Below are positions 37,996 through 48,752 of a stretch of 64,000 nucleotides of DNA, one piece after another. The notes beneath the pieces are model-generated. The model did no database searches and was not told the origin of the DNA. It saw only the letters and a list, made by a program, of their open reading frames with translations. A program made the translations under genes and the position numbers. The first letter of the stretch is position 1. Each line of letters opens with the position of its first letter. This DNA comes from Chloroflexota bacterium (lineage in GTDB: Bacteria > Chloroflexota > Dehalococcoidia > Lucifugimonadales > Lucifugimonadaceae). The DNA lies in contig PBHC01000012.1 in NCBI GenBank assembly GCA_002719295.1, positions 77,930 to 141,929 of the forward strand, read 5' to 3'.

Positions 37996-40665
37996 TTATT
38001 TTTTAGTTACTATAACTAATAAACTAGGAAGTACAAATACTGTAGATATAAGTGCAAGAAAAATCATAATTGCTGTTATTTGCCCAAAGCTTGCAAACAT
38101 AGGCATTGGAGCAAATCCCATGATTGCAAAACCAATAATGCTAGATATTGCAGAGCCTAATAATGCAATTCCTGTTCCATTTAGAGTTTTTTGGAGAGCT
38201 ATATCATAAGAACTTTTTCTTAATTCTTCTCTAAACCTTTGAGTTATGTGGATTGAGAAATCTATTCCTACTCCTATTGATATTGCTCCTATTGTAGCTG
38301 TAACTAAATTTAAAGAGTAACCACCAATGTACATAATTCCATATAACCAACTTACAACTAAACCAATAGGAATTACTGTTACTAAAGCATATCTTATTGA
38401 TCTAAATGTTATTAGTAGTACTATAAATGAAGCAAATGCTGCAATTGGTATAGATCTATATAAAGATTTTGTTGCTGAGGATAATTCTATATCTCTAACA
38501 AAAGGAGAACCCGTTATTCCATATTCAGTAATGTATGGCTTATTTTTTAGAAATTCTAGTTCATTTTCTAAATCATTTCTTGCAAGAGTTGTAATATTTT
38601 GATTAGCTGAATCTGGAATTCCTACTCTAAAAACTGTAGAAAATTCATTTTCATCTTTGATAAGTGTAAATTTAATTCTATTTGGTGAATAAAATTCTTC
38701 ATTGTTTTCATTTATCAGTCCTTCGTTTATTAAATTTTCAAAGGTTTTTCGATTTTCTTCTTTATCATTCCCAGAAAGGTTTTTCTGTTCTATTAAGGAA
38801 ATCAAATTTGGTTCAATTAATAATAATTCCCCCATTTTGTCATGAGCTAAGAGCTCCATACTATCTAAATTTTCAAGTAACTGTTTCAAATCTTTAATAG
38901 CACTTGGGTTTGCTAAGTCCCCTTTGATATATATCACCCCAATTTCACCTGTGGTGTCTCCAAAGTGATAATCTAGCTTATCTAATCCGATCACAAACTC
39001 TGATTCTTCATTGAAAAAATCTGCGACTTCAAATCTTGCTTCAAGTTTAAACGCTAAAAAAGTAGAATAGACTGTTATTAATGAAAATATAAGAATTGTT
39101 AGATATGGTTTTTTTGCAAAAAATATAATGATTTTGCTAAACATTTCTTCAAATTTAACAAAAACATTTTTATTATTTATTTTTTCTTCTATTTCAATAT
39201 TTTTTTTAGATCTGCTTGCTAAATATACAGGTAATAATAAAAACATAAGTATGTTAGTTAGAATCATAATTATCCCAATTAATGGAGACACAAGTAAGAA
39301 AACAATAACAGATCCTCCTGAAAGACCTGCGGATCCTATTGCTTCTATTGTCCAAAACAATTTATTTTTATTTTTCTTATTGTCAATTGAATCTATTTTC
39401 GAAAGAATGAAAGGTGCATATATTCCTAATACAATGTAAGATGCAAACGCTGCTACTCCTGCAGCAAGACCAAAATGCACAACAGATTCTATACCTGCAG
39501 TTATGTTAGATAAAAAAGCAATAGCATCACTTATAAAAGCTAATGTTAATGCTGACCCTACTCCTCCAAATGCAATAATAAACTTTTTATCAAAAGTTAT
39601 ATTATTACTTTTTTCTTCTTGGTATCTTCTAATGGAATGAACTGCAAAGTCTACTCCAAATGAAACCATAGCAATTGGCACAATTAAGTCAGAAATCAAC
39701 CCTCCTTTAAGACCTAATAAAAATGAGATCCCTTTTAACCAAATCATTAGCGTTGAGAGCCCTATCCCTACTAGAACAACTGCCCAATAAGACCTTAGAG
39801 AAAGGCCGACTACTGCAATAGCTGCTATAACAGTTAGCGTTATGAATAAAGCTGAGGAGGTTCCTTGTCTTTCTCCTTCAGTATTTACATCAATTGCAAT
39901 TCCCCATATTTTTAATGTATGCATTTCTTGCTTTAGAACTTCTAAAATATTAATATTGAATTCTTCTTTATCAAGAGTATTTTTATCTCCTCCAAGTGCA
40001 ACTCTTTGAGAACCTCCTCCAAGAGATTCGTTATTTCCTAATACAACTATTAACATTGCAGGTGAAGTCCACCAATCAATTTCATTCCCATCTATATTTT
40101 TCTTTTCTATGTTTGAATGAATGCTTATGTTTCTCTTAATATCTTTTACTTGATCTCCTTTTAGAACTGTTGATATGACTTCCTTCACTTCTTCATTGGT
40201 AGCATTTTGAAGCGTTTTATTGTATCTAGGGTTTGCTAGTAATACATTGTTTACAACATCTGCTAAAGTAAGAATTCCATTAACTTCTATTGATGTTTCT
40301 GAATCCACATAGCTAAATAGATGATTTTGCTTCTCAATCGTACTTGGAGATAGTTCCTTTTTAGAATCAATTAACCTTAATTTTTCAGAGGCTTTAAATA
40401 TTTCAAGTAAGTATTTTTTAGAAAGAATATCTTCGCCTTTTGGGACTTCAAGAAGATATAGTGCAAAATGCACTTCATCTGAAAACTTTTTTGATATTTC
40501 TATATCAAGATCTATGACGGGATCTTTTGGAGAAGTAGATGCATCTCCTCGATAAGGAATGAATGAGTATGAAAGTGCCAAGCCTACAGTAATAAAGATA
40601 AATAGTAGAAACAGCTTTCGGGGGTTATCAACAAAAAACTTAGAAATTTTTTCATAAATATTCAT
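37996..40665 (-). CDS. MMPL/RND family transporter
   Basis: Two-fold internal repeat with GVDFAVH and GIGIDFSIH.TQRFREE; large extracytoplasmic loops. Confidence 0.88.
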   Translation of the reverse strand: MNIYEKISKFFVDNPRKLFLLFIFITVGLALSYSFIPYRGDASTSPKDPVIDLDIEISKKFSDEVHFALYLLEVPKGEDILSKKYLLEIFKASEKLRLIDSKKELSPSTIEKQNHLFSYVDSETSIEVNGILTLADVVNNVLLANPRYNKTLQNATNEEVKEVISTVLKGDQVKDIKRNISIHSNIEKKNIDGNEIDWWTSPAMLIVVLGNNESLGGGSQRVALGGDKNTLDKEEFNINILEVLKQEMHTLKIWGIAIDVNTEGERQGTSSALFITLTVIAAIAVVGLSLRSYWAVVLVGIGLSTLMIWLKGISFLLGLKGGLISDLIVPIAMVSFGVDFAVHSIRRYQEEKSNNITFDKKFIIAFGGVGSALTLAFISDAIAFLSNITAGIESVVHFGLAAGVAAFASYIVLGIYAPFILSKIDSIDNKKNKNKLFWTIEAIGSAGLSGGSVIVFLLVSPLIGIIMILTNILMFLLLPVYLASRSKKNIEIEEKINNKNVFVKFEEMFSKIIIFFAKKPYLTILIFSLITVYSTFLAFKLEARFEVADFFNEESEFVIGLDKLDYHFGDTTGEIGVIYIKGDLANPSAIKDLKQLLENLDSMELLAHDKMGELLLIEPNLISLIEQKNLSGNDKEENRKTFENLINEGLINENNEEFYSPNRIKFTLIKDENEFSTVFRVGIPDSANQNITTLARNDLENELEFLKNKPYITEYGITGSPFVRDIELSSATKSLYRSIPIAAFASFIVLLITFRSIRYALVTVIPIGLVVSWLYGIMYIGGYSLNLVTATIGAISIGVGIDFSIHITQRFREELRKSSYDIALQKTLNGTGIALLGSAISSIIGFAIMGFAPMPMFASFGQITAIMIFLALISTVFVLPSLLVIVTKK

Positions 40666-40713
40666 TTTTTAATATTATTATAATAATAAGATTTTTATGC
40701 ATCTAAACAAATA

Positions 40714-41982
40714 ATGTTAAATATATTTTCAATTCGATCAAAAAAAATTTATTATGGGTGGTTAATTGTTGGTGTTCTATTTCTTTTCAACGTAATTGGG
40801 ATTGGAACTAGACAAGGATTTGGAATTTTTGTTGATATATGGGGATCAGAATGGGAAGTGAATGTATCATCTATTAGTTTGGCTGCAAGCATAGGTTGGC
40901 TAGTTAATGGATTGGCAAATCCTATAATCGGCCAATTATCTGATAAATATGGCCCTAAGATTGTGATGGTTTTCTGCTCTATAATTGTTTCTATTAGCTC
41001 AATATTAGTTGCTACTTCTTATAATGTTTTCACACTCTCTTTTTATTATGGGTTTTTGATTTCATTTGCCACTGGAACAGGAGGTCCTTTGGGCATTATT
41101 CTTTCAAAATGGTTTGCGAAAAGGAGAGGAGTAGCAATGGGTGCTGTTATGGCTGGAGGTTCAATAGGGAGTCTGTTTTTTATCCCATTATTGACTTTTA
41201 TTGCTATAAATTATAGCTGGCAATTAGCATGGATTGTAGTTGGTTTATTTGGACTTATTCTTGTTGTTCCAACATCTATAATTGTTTTGAAAAATGAACC
41301 TAGAGATATTAATTTGACTATTGAAGATTCTGATCAAGATGGCAACCACTCTTCTAAAGAATCAGGCCCCTTGTGGGTAGATAAATGGACAACTGCTTAT
41401 AACTCAAAGCCAATGTGGCAACTATCAATAGGATATTTTGTTTGCGGAATTACTACTGCTTCTATTTCTGTGCATTTTATAAAATGGGCTATTTCAGAAA
41501 ACATTTCAACTTCTGAAGCAGCATTATCTTTTGGAGTTTTGAGCGCAGTGAATGGGGTCTCAGTTTTTTGTTCAGGTTATTTCTCAGACATTTTTCAAAG
41601 AAGGATAATTTTGGGTCTTGTTTATGCTACTAGAGGGATAGCATTTCTTGCATTATTGCTTTTAACTGGTCAATTAGCATTATGGGCATTCGCAATAGTT
41701 GGAGGTATGTCTTGGTTGGCAACTGTACCACTTACAACTGCTTTGACATCAGAAATTTACGGTCAAAAAAGACTTGGATCTTTAGTTGGTCTGATAAATA
41801 TGTCTCATCAACTAGGAGGAGCTGGAGCTGTACTATTATTTGGAATGGTATACGATATTTTTGGAAATTATGACTTTGGATTATGGGTTGGAGTTGTATC
41901 TCTTCTAATTGCTTCAATTGCTTCTTTCTCGATAAGTGAAAAAAGATTTTCATCCAGATTTCATAAAAGACTTGCAAATTAA
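40714..41982 (+). CDS. MFS transporter
   Basis: YYGWLIV, GQLSDKYGPK, WFAKRRGVAMG, HQLGG. Confidence 0.88.
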   Translation: MLNIFSIRSKKIYYGWLIVGVLFLFNVIGIGTRQGFGIFVDIWGSEWEVNVSSISLAASIGWLVNGLANPIIGQLSDKYGPKIVMVFCSIIVSISSILVATSYNVFTLSFYYGFLISFATGTGGPLGIILSKWFAKRRGVAMGAVMAGGSIGSLFFIPLLTFIAINYSWQLAWIVVGLFGLILVVPTSIIVLKNEPRDINLTIEDSDQDGNHSSKESGPLWVDKWTTAYNSKPMWQLSIGYFVCGITTASISVHFIKWAISENISTSEAALSFGVLSAVNGVSVFCSGYFSDIFQRRIILGLVYATRGIAFLALLLLTGQLALWAFAIVGGMSWLATVPLTTALTSEIYGQKRLGSLVGLINMSHQLGGAGAVLLFGMVYDIFGNYDFGLWVGVVSLLIASIASFSISEKRFSSRFHKRLAN

Positions 41983-42177
41983 ATGTTTCTTAAACCATTA
42001 AAGCAATCCGAAGGATTAAATCATCATGGGGATTCAATAAATCCTGATTTTGCAAAATGGATAACAGATTTTATATCTGGATTTTCTGAAAATTTATTAA
42101 TTGCAATTTTTATAATTGGATTAGTTTTATTTTTTACTTTATATGCATTTATTTTGTTTTTTTCTCGTAAAAAGTAA
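41983..42177 (+). CDS. Small single-pass membrane protein
   Basis: 64 aa, C-terminal TM + RKK; abuts MFS stop. Confidence 0.6.
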   Translation: MFLKPLKQSEGLNHHGDSINPDFAKWITDFISGFSENLLIAIFIIGLVLFFTLYAFILFFSRKK

Positions 42178-42221
42178 AATATCTTAAGTATTTAATAACT
42201 AAAAAACTTAAAGGAGAAAAT

Positions 42222-43274
42222 GTGACTAGTCAAAATGAAATCACTGCAGCTTTGGATGATGGAACTGGTGATTATATTGTTCAACAAATTCCTTTCCCAA
42301 ATATTTTTAATGGAGCTGCAATCGTTAATATAAAATCTTCAGGAATTTGTGGATCTGATTTACATATGACTAATGAGAGATCGGAGCCTCAAGTAGTTCC
42401 AAGTGGTCATGAAATTGCTGGAGTGATAGAAGAGTTGCCAAAAACATATTCTGGAAATTTAAGAATAGGGGATAGAGTTGCAATAGATAATATAGGTGCA
42501 GGAAAATCTTGTAATAATTGTTATTTTTGTAAGTATGGTCAATTTAGGCATTGTACGAATCCCGCTGAAGAAACTGGTGGCGGATTTTCTCAATACATTA
42601 CACGTAGGCCCAATGGATTATTTAAAATTTCTGATTCAATGGATTGGAAAGACGGTGCATTAGTTGAACCAATGGCTGTCTCAGTACATGGATTTAGATT
42701 TGCGCAGTTTTTACCCGGAGAAAGTGTAGCAATTGTAGGGTCTTCTACAATTGGTCTATCTGCAATTTCAGTAGCAAAATACTTTGGAGCTAAGACTGTT
42801 ATTGCTTCAGCAAAATATCCACATCAAGCAGAAGCTGCAAAAAATATGGGAGCTGATATTGTTGTAGGAGCAGAACCTGGAGAGCTTGAAGAAAAATGTT
42901 TTGAAATATCTAATGGAATTGGAGTAGATGTTGTTGTAGAAACAATTGGAGGTACATCAGCAGGACCGTTAGTCCAGGCTGCAAAATGTGTTAAAAATAC
43001 AGGTAAAGTGATAGTATTAGGCGGGTTTAGAAATCCTGTAGAAATAGACTTTTTGCAACCGATGATCAAAGAGATAAGTTTTATTCCAGCCACTTGTTAT
43101 GCAAATATAAACGGGAAACATGATTTTGAAATTGCTGTAGATATTTTATCCTCAGGAAAGCATCCATATAAAAAAATAGTTACTCATGAGTATTCTTTAG
43201 AAAAAATCCAAGAGGGATTTAAGGTTGCTTATGACAAAAATTCAGGATCAATTAAAGTTCATATAATCCAATAA
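42222..43274 (+). CDS. Zn-dependent MDR dehydrogenase (threonine/sorbitol dehydrogenase-like)
   Basis: GICGSDLH, GHE, CNNCYFC...C, LVEP; AAGGAG SD, GTG start. Confidence 0.9.
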   Translation: MTSQNEITAALDDGTGDYIVQQIPFPNIFNGAAIVNIKSSGICGSDLHMTNERSEPQVVPSGHEIAGVIEELPKTYSGNLRIGDRVAIDNIGAGKSCNNCYFCKYGQFRHCTNPAEETGGGFSQYITRRPNGLFKISDSMDWKDGALVEPMAVSVHGFRFAQFLPGESVAIVGSSTIGLSAISVAKYFGAKTVIASAKYPHQAEAAKNMGADIVVGAEPGELEEKCFEISNGIGVDVVVETIGGTSAGPLVQAAKCVKNTGKVIVLGGFRNPVEIDFLQPMIKEISFIPATCYANINGKHDFEIAVDILSSGKHPYKKIVTHEYSLEKIQEGFKVAYDKNSGSIKVHIIQ

Positions 43275-43277
43275 ATT

Positions 43278-43955
43278 TTATCTTTTAGAGACTATATTTA
43301 TAAGCCTTCTAAGTGTAACGCTCCATATGATTACTGAACTAATTGCTATTGATAAAGGTTCACCAGGGACCCCTCTTCTCCAATCATCGATATCTTTTAC
43401 TGAATCAAAAAGGATAAATTTATACAGTTCATCGATTGTTCCTACTAATGCTGTAATAGAAATTAGACCAAAAAAAACAGTTCCTGCAAAAACTAAAATT
43501 TTGAACATAATATCATTTGTGTTACTTTGATTATTTGAAAGATCATTCCTTTTTTGAAGAAATACATGGACTAAATATATAATCCCACTAATTATTGCAG
43601 TTGTAATACCAGTAAAAAGACTTGCCTCTACACTTCCATCATACATAAGGTTAGTTTTTGGTATTTGTGATCCATTAATATTTTCTGTTACATTAATCAT
43701 TTCATAGCTAAAGCTAGATCCAAATAATGAAGCAAATAAGCCTTGTAATATTCTAGAAATTCCTGCTAGACAAAAAACCCCACCAGAAATAAGCCTTACA
43801 AAATAGAAGTAACCATTCAATGATAAATCGAAACTAATTTTTACACCTGAGTTTTTTAATGAATACCCAATAAGAAAAATAACTCCAGATATAATAAGAA
43901 CTGCAAATAAAATTCCAATTGCTACACCTATAAAATCAAACATACTCAATCTCAA
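43278..43955 (-). CDS. Hypothetical multi-pass membrane protein (DUF5671-like pattern)
   Basis: About 5 TMs; alternative ATG at 43943. Confidence 0.6.
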   Translation of the reverse strand: MRLSMFDFIGVAIGILFAVLIISGVIFLIGYSLKNSGVKISFDLSLNGYFYFVRLISGGVFCLAGISRILQGLFASLFGSSFSYEMINVTENINGSQIPKTNLMYDGSVEASLFTGITTAIISGIIYLVHVFLQKRNDLSNNQSNTNDIMFKILVFAGTVFFGLISITALVGTIDELYKFILFDSVKDIDDWRRGVPGEPLSIAISSVIIWSVTLRRLINIVSKR

Positions 43956-44040
43956 GCTACTTTATGTTATGAATATTATACTATTACGTAATAATTTATA
44001 ATTGAGATATAAAGATTTTTATTATAGTTTATGATGGCTT

Positions 44041-44232
44041 ATGAAAAAAAACATTAAAGTTATTGATGATAAGAATAAAATAAATGATCCTTGGGAAGAT
44101 TATATTAATCAAGGTTATGACAATCTGAGTAAATTTCAAAAAATACTTAGATTTAGTGTAATTTTTTCTATTATATTGATTTTATTTATAATTATAATTG
44201 GATATCTTTTAGTAAAAACTGGTCAGTGGTAA
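44041..44232 (+). CDS. Small single-pass membrane protein
   Basis: 63 aa, C-terminal TM; 5 nt before the next gene. Confidence 0.6.
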   Translation: MKKNIKVIDDKNKINDPWEDYINQGYDNLSKFQKILRFSVIFSIILILFIIIIGYLLVKTGQW

Positions 44233-44237
44233 ATTGA

Positions 44238-45215
44238 ATGGATATTTTAACTCTTAATATAATTATTTTTGCAATTAGTGCTGTTTCTACAGTTATCTTT
44301 GGTAGTTATTTAGCAAAATATGGAGATGTATTAGCATCAATAACTGGATTAGGTCGCTTATTTATAGGAAGTATACTTGTAGCATTAGCAACATCTCTTC
44401 CTGAACTATCCGCTAATATATCTGCAGTGTTATTAGATCCTCCAAACCCAGCTCTTGCACTTGGAGATATACTTGGTTCAAACATGATCAACATGCTTAT
44501 ATTTTGTTCAATTGCACTTCTTTTTGGTGGCAAAACTGTAATTGATCAAATATCAAGTAGCCAAATTTATCTTGCAGCACTGGCTACATTTATGACTGTA
44601 GTTGTTTTACTAGTTACTTTTCTAAATTTTTCATATTCTTTCTATAATGTAGGTTTATCTTCATTCATTATTTTTATCTTTTATGTGATAGGACTTAGAT
44701 ATACATATAAGTTGAAACCAGACGAAGAAATAGAAGAGGACGATTCAGATATCACACCTTTCAAAGCTTGGTTTTATTTTATTCTTATTTCAGTAGGAGT
44801 TGTTTTTTCTGGATATTTTTTAGCTTATAGCGTAGATAATATTTCTCATGAAACAGGAGTAGCATCAAGTACCTTAGGCATAATTGTTTCATCCATAGTT
44901 ACTTCCATGCCTGAAGCTTCATCATATATAGCTTCTGTAAGAATGAAGGCTACTGACTTAGGAGTAGCAGGCTTATTTGGAAGTTGTGTATTTAATGTGA
45001 CTATTATTTTTTATACAGATATTTTTTATGTTGGAAACATAATTGAGCAATTTGAAAGTGCTCATATAATTGCCACAATAACAGGACTTTTATTGATATC
45101 AATTTCTGCATTATTGATATTTTTGAAAGGTAATTTATCTGGATATATGAAAAATGCTTTTCTTGTTGTTTTAGTTCTAATATATATAGCAGGAATCTTT
45201 TTTATAACCACATAA
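44238..45215 (+). CDS. Sodium:calcium antiporter (CaCA family)
   Basis: Alpha repeats ATSLPE...GSN and VTSMPE...GSCVFN. Confidence 0.88.
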   Translation: MDILTLNIIIFAISAVSTVIFGSYLAKYGDVLASITGLGRLFIGSILVALATSLPELSANISAVLLDPPNPALALGDILGSNMINMLIFCSIALLFGGKTVIDQISSSQIYLAALATFMTVVVLLVTFLNFSYSFYNVGLSSFIIFIFYVIGLRYTYKLKPDEEIEEDDSDITPFKAWFYFILISVGVVFSGYFLAYSVDNISHETGVASSTLGIIVSSIVTSMPEASSYIASVRMKATDLGVAGLFGSCVFNVTIIFYTDIFYVGNIIEQFESAHIIATITGLLLISISALLIFLKGNLSGYMKNAFLVVLVLIYIAGIFFITT

Positions 45216-45219
45216 GTGC

Positions 45220-46323
45220 TTATATTGTAAAATCTATTATTCCTCTACCATCTTTTCCATTCTCTAGATCTTTATATGCTTCATTGATTTGATCTAATGG
45301 GTATTTTCTTTCTATAACAGAATTTATATCTAGTTTACCTGTTTTATAAAAATCAATTATTCTTTCAAAAGTTACATGAGGAGATACTGATCCATAGTAT
45401 GAACCCACAAGAGTTTTATGATCTCTTACCATATCAACTAAATCTATATTTGCGGTCATTCCCATTGGAGCGAGTCCAATAATTACACCAGTTCCTCCTT
45501 TTTTCAAGGATTTCATCATCTGTTCTGTTGTAATAGAACTTCCAAAGGCATCAAATCCAAAATCTACGCCCTGTCCATTTGTAATTTCTTGAATTTTTTC
45601 TTGAACATCGTCAGTTTTAGAATTAATTGTATGGGTTGCTCCAAATTTATAACTAAATTCAAGTTTGCTATCTAGTATATCTACCGCAATAATTTTAGAA
45701 GAGTTCATTATTTGACCACCCAATATAGTGTTCAGTCCTACTCCTCCTGTACCAAAAACGGCAATAGTTGCACCTGGGAAGATGTTTTTTTGATTAATTA
45801 CTCCCCCTACCCCTGTAGTAACAGAGCACCCAATTAAGCATGCAACATCTATTGGAACGTCATCATCTATCTTGAAACATGCATTTTCAGGGATAACAAT
45901 TTCTTCAGCAAAAACTCCTAGTTTTGCCATCTGATGAATTTCTTCATTTTTTTCATCTTTTAATCTAAATGTTCCATCGTATTGCTTAGTTCCTGTAAGC
46001 CTATTAGTGTCACATAGATTCCCTAATCCATTTCTACAAGAAACACACGATCCACAACTAGCTACAAAAGATAAAATACATTTATCGCCTTTACTTACAG
46101 ATGTAACATTTTCTCCAATATCTTCTATTATCCCAGCACCTTCGTGACCTAAAACAATTGGCATTGGGAATGCTGTTTCACCTTTCATGATATGGTGATC
46201 TGAAGCACATACCCCAGCAGCTAACATTTTTACCTTAACTTCATTGCTTTTTGGAGATTCTTGGTGAAGATCTTTTATGATCATTGGCTTGTTAGCTTCA
46301 TATAGAACTGCTGCTTTAACCAT
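45220..46323 (-). CDS. Zn-dependent alcohol dehydrogenase (class III-like MDR)
   Basis: GVCASD, GHEGAG, CGSCVSC...C, GCSVTTG, GTGGVG. Confidence 0.9.
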   Translation of the reverse strand: MVKAAVLYEANKPMIIKDLHQESPKSNEVKVKMLAAGVCASDHHIMKGETAFPMPIVLGHEGAGIIEDIGENVTSVSKGDKCILSFVASCGSCVSCRNGLGNLCDTNRLTGTKQYDGTFRLKDEKNEEIHQMAKLGVFAEEIVIPENACFKIDDDVPIDVACLIGCSVTTGVGGVINQKNIFPGATIAVFGTGGVGLNTILGGQIMNSSKIIAVDILDSKLEFSYKFGATHTINSKTDDVQEKIQEITNGQGVDFGFDAFGSSITTEQMMKSLKKGGTGVIIGLAPMGMTANIDLVDMVRDHKTLVGSYYGSVSPHVTFERIIDFYKTGKLDINSVIERKYPLDQINEAYKDLENGKDGRGIIDFTI

Positions 46324-46325
46324 AA

Positions 46326-47540
46326 TTATTTTCCTTTATTAGGCTTTATTCTTACAAAAATAAAACTGATTATTGAAATTATTAAAATCAATTCTACAAG
46401 ATTAAATGCTAAAGTATAAGTTTTATATCTATCAAAAATTATACCTGAGAATATAGGACCAATAATTATAGGTAATGCTATTGGCATATTGATAAAACCA
46501 AAAATTGAAGAATATTTTTTCAATCCAAATAATTCAGTTGTAATTGCAGGACCCAATACTCCCATAGCACCAATTCCTAAGCCCATCAATGAAGATCCAA
46601 TCCACATTAACTCTTGTCTGTCAGCAAGGACAAATTGTATCCCAATCATTTGGAAAATTACTACAATTATTAAAATAAACCTTGATGGAATCAAATCGCT
46701 TAGCCAACCACTTATTAATTTACTTATAACCGCAAATATTCCAAATGCGGACATCATAGAGGAAGCTAAACCAACATTCACTCCTTTAGCTACAAAATGA
46801 GGGACCAGTTGTATTACAACTGTGGTTCTAGCAAATTGTTGTAAAGTCATTCCTGATACTAAAAACCAAAAAGCACTAGTTTTGATAGCTTCTGATAACT
46901 CATAATCTTTTTCAGAGCCTTTTTTTGCTTCATTTTTATTTCTAGATTCAAAATCATGATTTTTATCATCCCTTATAAATATAAGAACTAAAATAAGTAC
47001 AATAAATGTTGATATACCTAGAGCATAAAAAGCAAATCTCCAACCTGATGCGAGAATTATAAAGGTCGCAATTGGTACAGTTACAACTGCTGAAAAATTA
47101 TTTCCAGCCATTGTAAAACCGATCATCCTTCCTCTAATTTTTGGGAACCATAAACCCATAAGTTTACCTAGAGGAAGCTGTGTAGCTCCAGGAATCCCTA
47201 CATATAGTAGTATGCTTGATACATAAAGTTGCCATAAGTCACTCATAGAGCCCCTCATAAAGAAACCTAAAGTAACAAGTAATAAAGAAAGTGACATTAT
47301 TTTAGTAGATCCAAACCTGTCTAAAAACCTCCCTGCTACAGGGGCTATAAACGAACTGGCTATACCTAAAGATAAAGATAAGTTAATTTGAGTTCTTGAC
47401 CATCCGAATTCTTCTTCTAAGGGAATTACAAAAGCCTGAAATGCATATTGTACAAATCCTATGGATGTACCAACAGAAAGAAATGTAGTTCCTGCAACAA
47501 GCCACCTTCTGTATTGATAACTAAATAAATTAAAACTCAT
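46326..47540 (-). CDS. MFS transporter
   Basis: FGWSRT, GRFLDRFG, WFPKIRG, ELFGLKKY. Confidence 0.88.
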   Translation of the reverse strand: MSFNLFSYQYRRWLVAGTTFLSVGTSIGFVQYAFQAFVIPLEEEFGWSRTQINLSLSLGIASSFIAPVAGRFLDRFGSTKIMSLSLLLVTLGFFMRGSMSDLWQLYVSSILLYVGIPGATQLPLGKLMGLWFPKIRGRMIGFTMAGNNFSAVVTVPIATFIILASGWRFAFYALGISTFIVLILVLIFIRDDKNHDFESRNKNEAKKGSEKDYELSEAIKTSAFWFLVSGMTLQQFARTTVVIQLVPHFVAKGVNVGLASSMMSAFGIFAVISKLISGWLSDLIPSRFILIIVVIFQMIGIQFVLADRQELMWIGSSLMGLGIGAMGVLGPAITTELFGLKKYSSIFGFINMPIALPIIIGPIFSGIIFDRYKTYTLAFNLVELILIISIISFIFVRIKPNKGK

Positions 47541-48655
47541 GTTCTTATAATTAGGTCTTCCTTAATTGTTACACCAAGTCCTGATCCTTCAGGAACTTTG
47601 ATTTTTCCATTAATTACTTCTGGGTTTTCATTGAAAATATAAAATTTATGTTTATAGCTACTTAAAGGAGGGTCATTTAGCATTTCACAATAAGGGGCAT
47701 TTTCCCAAGTTGAAAGAAGATGAATATGAGCAATAACTCCAATATCTCCTCCTCCATGATGCGGAACAATTTCTTTATTATGTTTTTTTGATAAATCTCC
47801 AATTTCTATAAGAGGAGAAATTCCTCCCAAAACCATAGATTCGGGTTGTAAAATATCATAAGCATTCTTTTCAATCATTTCATGAAAATCTGACACTACT
47901 GTATTATTTTCTCCTCCAGCAATCTTTGTTTTTTTCATTGATACTAGTTCAGAAAGTTCTCTGTAATTAAATCTAGGCCTTGGTTCTTCAAGCCAATAAC
48001 ATCCAAGTTCATGCATTGCTTCATTTGTTTTTTTTGCTCTATCCATATCCCAAATCACCCCAGGTTGCCAAGGATAACTTGATTGTGCTTGATTTGCGTC
48101 AACTAAAATATCTAATTTTCCATTAGTTTTTGATACTATTTTTTCTATAGTTTCTATATCTTTTTCATAATCATTATGATGTAACCTAACCTTTATAGAT
48201 TTCCATCCTTCTTTCAATAAATTTTCAGATAATTCAGCTCTCTCATCTGGATCTGAAAGAATAACAAAACTTGAATAAGGAATTAAATAATCTTTTTTCT
48301 TGCCTAAAATCTCTGAAATAGACTTCCCTTCTATTTTTCCTTTTAAATCCCACAAAGCTATATCTATCCCAGCCAATCCATTATATGGAATATTTCTAGT
48401 TTTATAGATCAAATACTTAAAATGACTAATCACATCCACAGGACTTTTTCCAACTAAGTATTCTTTTGCATCATTCAAAATTGATTGATCACATCCAGGT
48501 CCTATTCCAATAGTTCCATCATCTAATTCAATTTCTGTAAATGTTGTTCCTCCGATATTTGATTTTACTGAACTACCGGGACTCCAAGCTGGTTCAACAT
48601 CTCCCAAATATTCTACTAATTTAGTTTTAGAGAGTCTTAAGTCTTTAATTTTCAT
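47537..48655 (-). CDS. Mandelate racemase/MLE family enzyme
   Basis: IDIALWDLKGK, KSIKVR, DANQ, EEP, GGEN, QPE, PHH; start at MKIKDL with GAGG SD. Confidence 0.88.
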   Translation of the reverse strand: MKIKDLRLSKTKLVEYLGDVEPAWSPGSSVKSNIGGTTFTEIELDDGTIGIGPGCDQSILNDAKEYLVGKSPVDVISHFKYLIYKTRNIPYNGLAGIDIALWDLKGKIEGKSISEILGKKKDYLIPYSSFVILSDPDERAELSENLLKEGWKSIKVRLHHNDYEKDIETIEKIVSKTNGKLDILVDANQAQSSYPWQPGVIWDMDRAKKTNEAMHELGCYWLEEPRPRFNYRELSELVSMKKTKIAGGENNTVVSDFHEMIEKNAYDILQPESMVLGGISPLIEIGDLSKKHNKEIVPHHGGGDIGVIAHIHLLSTWENAPYCEMLNDPPLSSYKHKFYIFNENPEVINGKIKVPEGSGLGVTIKEDLIIRT

Positions 48656-48752
48656 ATTTTCCTCTATACAATTTTTTTTTTTATTGGATATGATAATTTT
48701 CAAATGTTATATAAATTACAAACACTAAACTATACTCTAATGGGACAGAATT

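Noticed and set aside
33804..42177. RiPP precursor peptide for TldD/E near the operon
   Set aside because: No short Cys/Ser/Gly-rich ORF and no YcaO or radical-SAM maturase nearby; the nearest small ORF (41983) is a plain TM protein
48672..48682. T11 homopolymer in the divergent enolase promoter region as a phase-variation tract
   Set aside because: A/T runs are common in this AT-rich sequence; no evidence of length variation
48656..48703. ORF-track N-terminal extension of the enolase (similar extensions at 5279-5338 and 30606-30617)
   Set aside because: Downstream ATGs have SD motifs and family-typical N-termini
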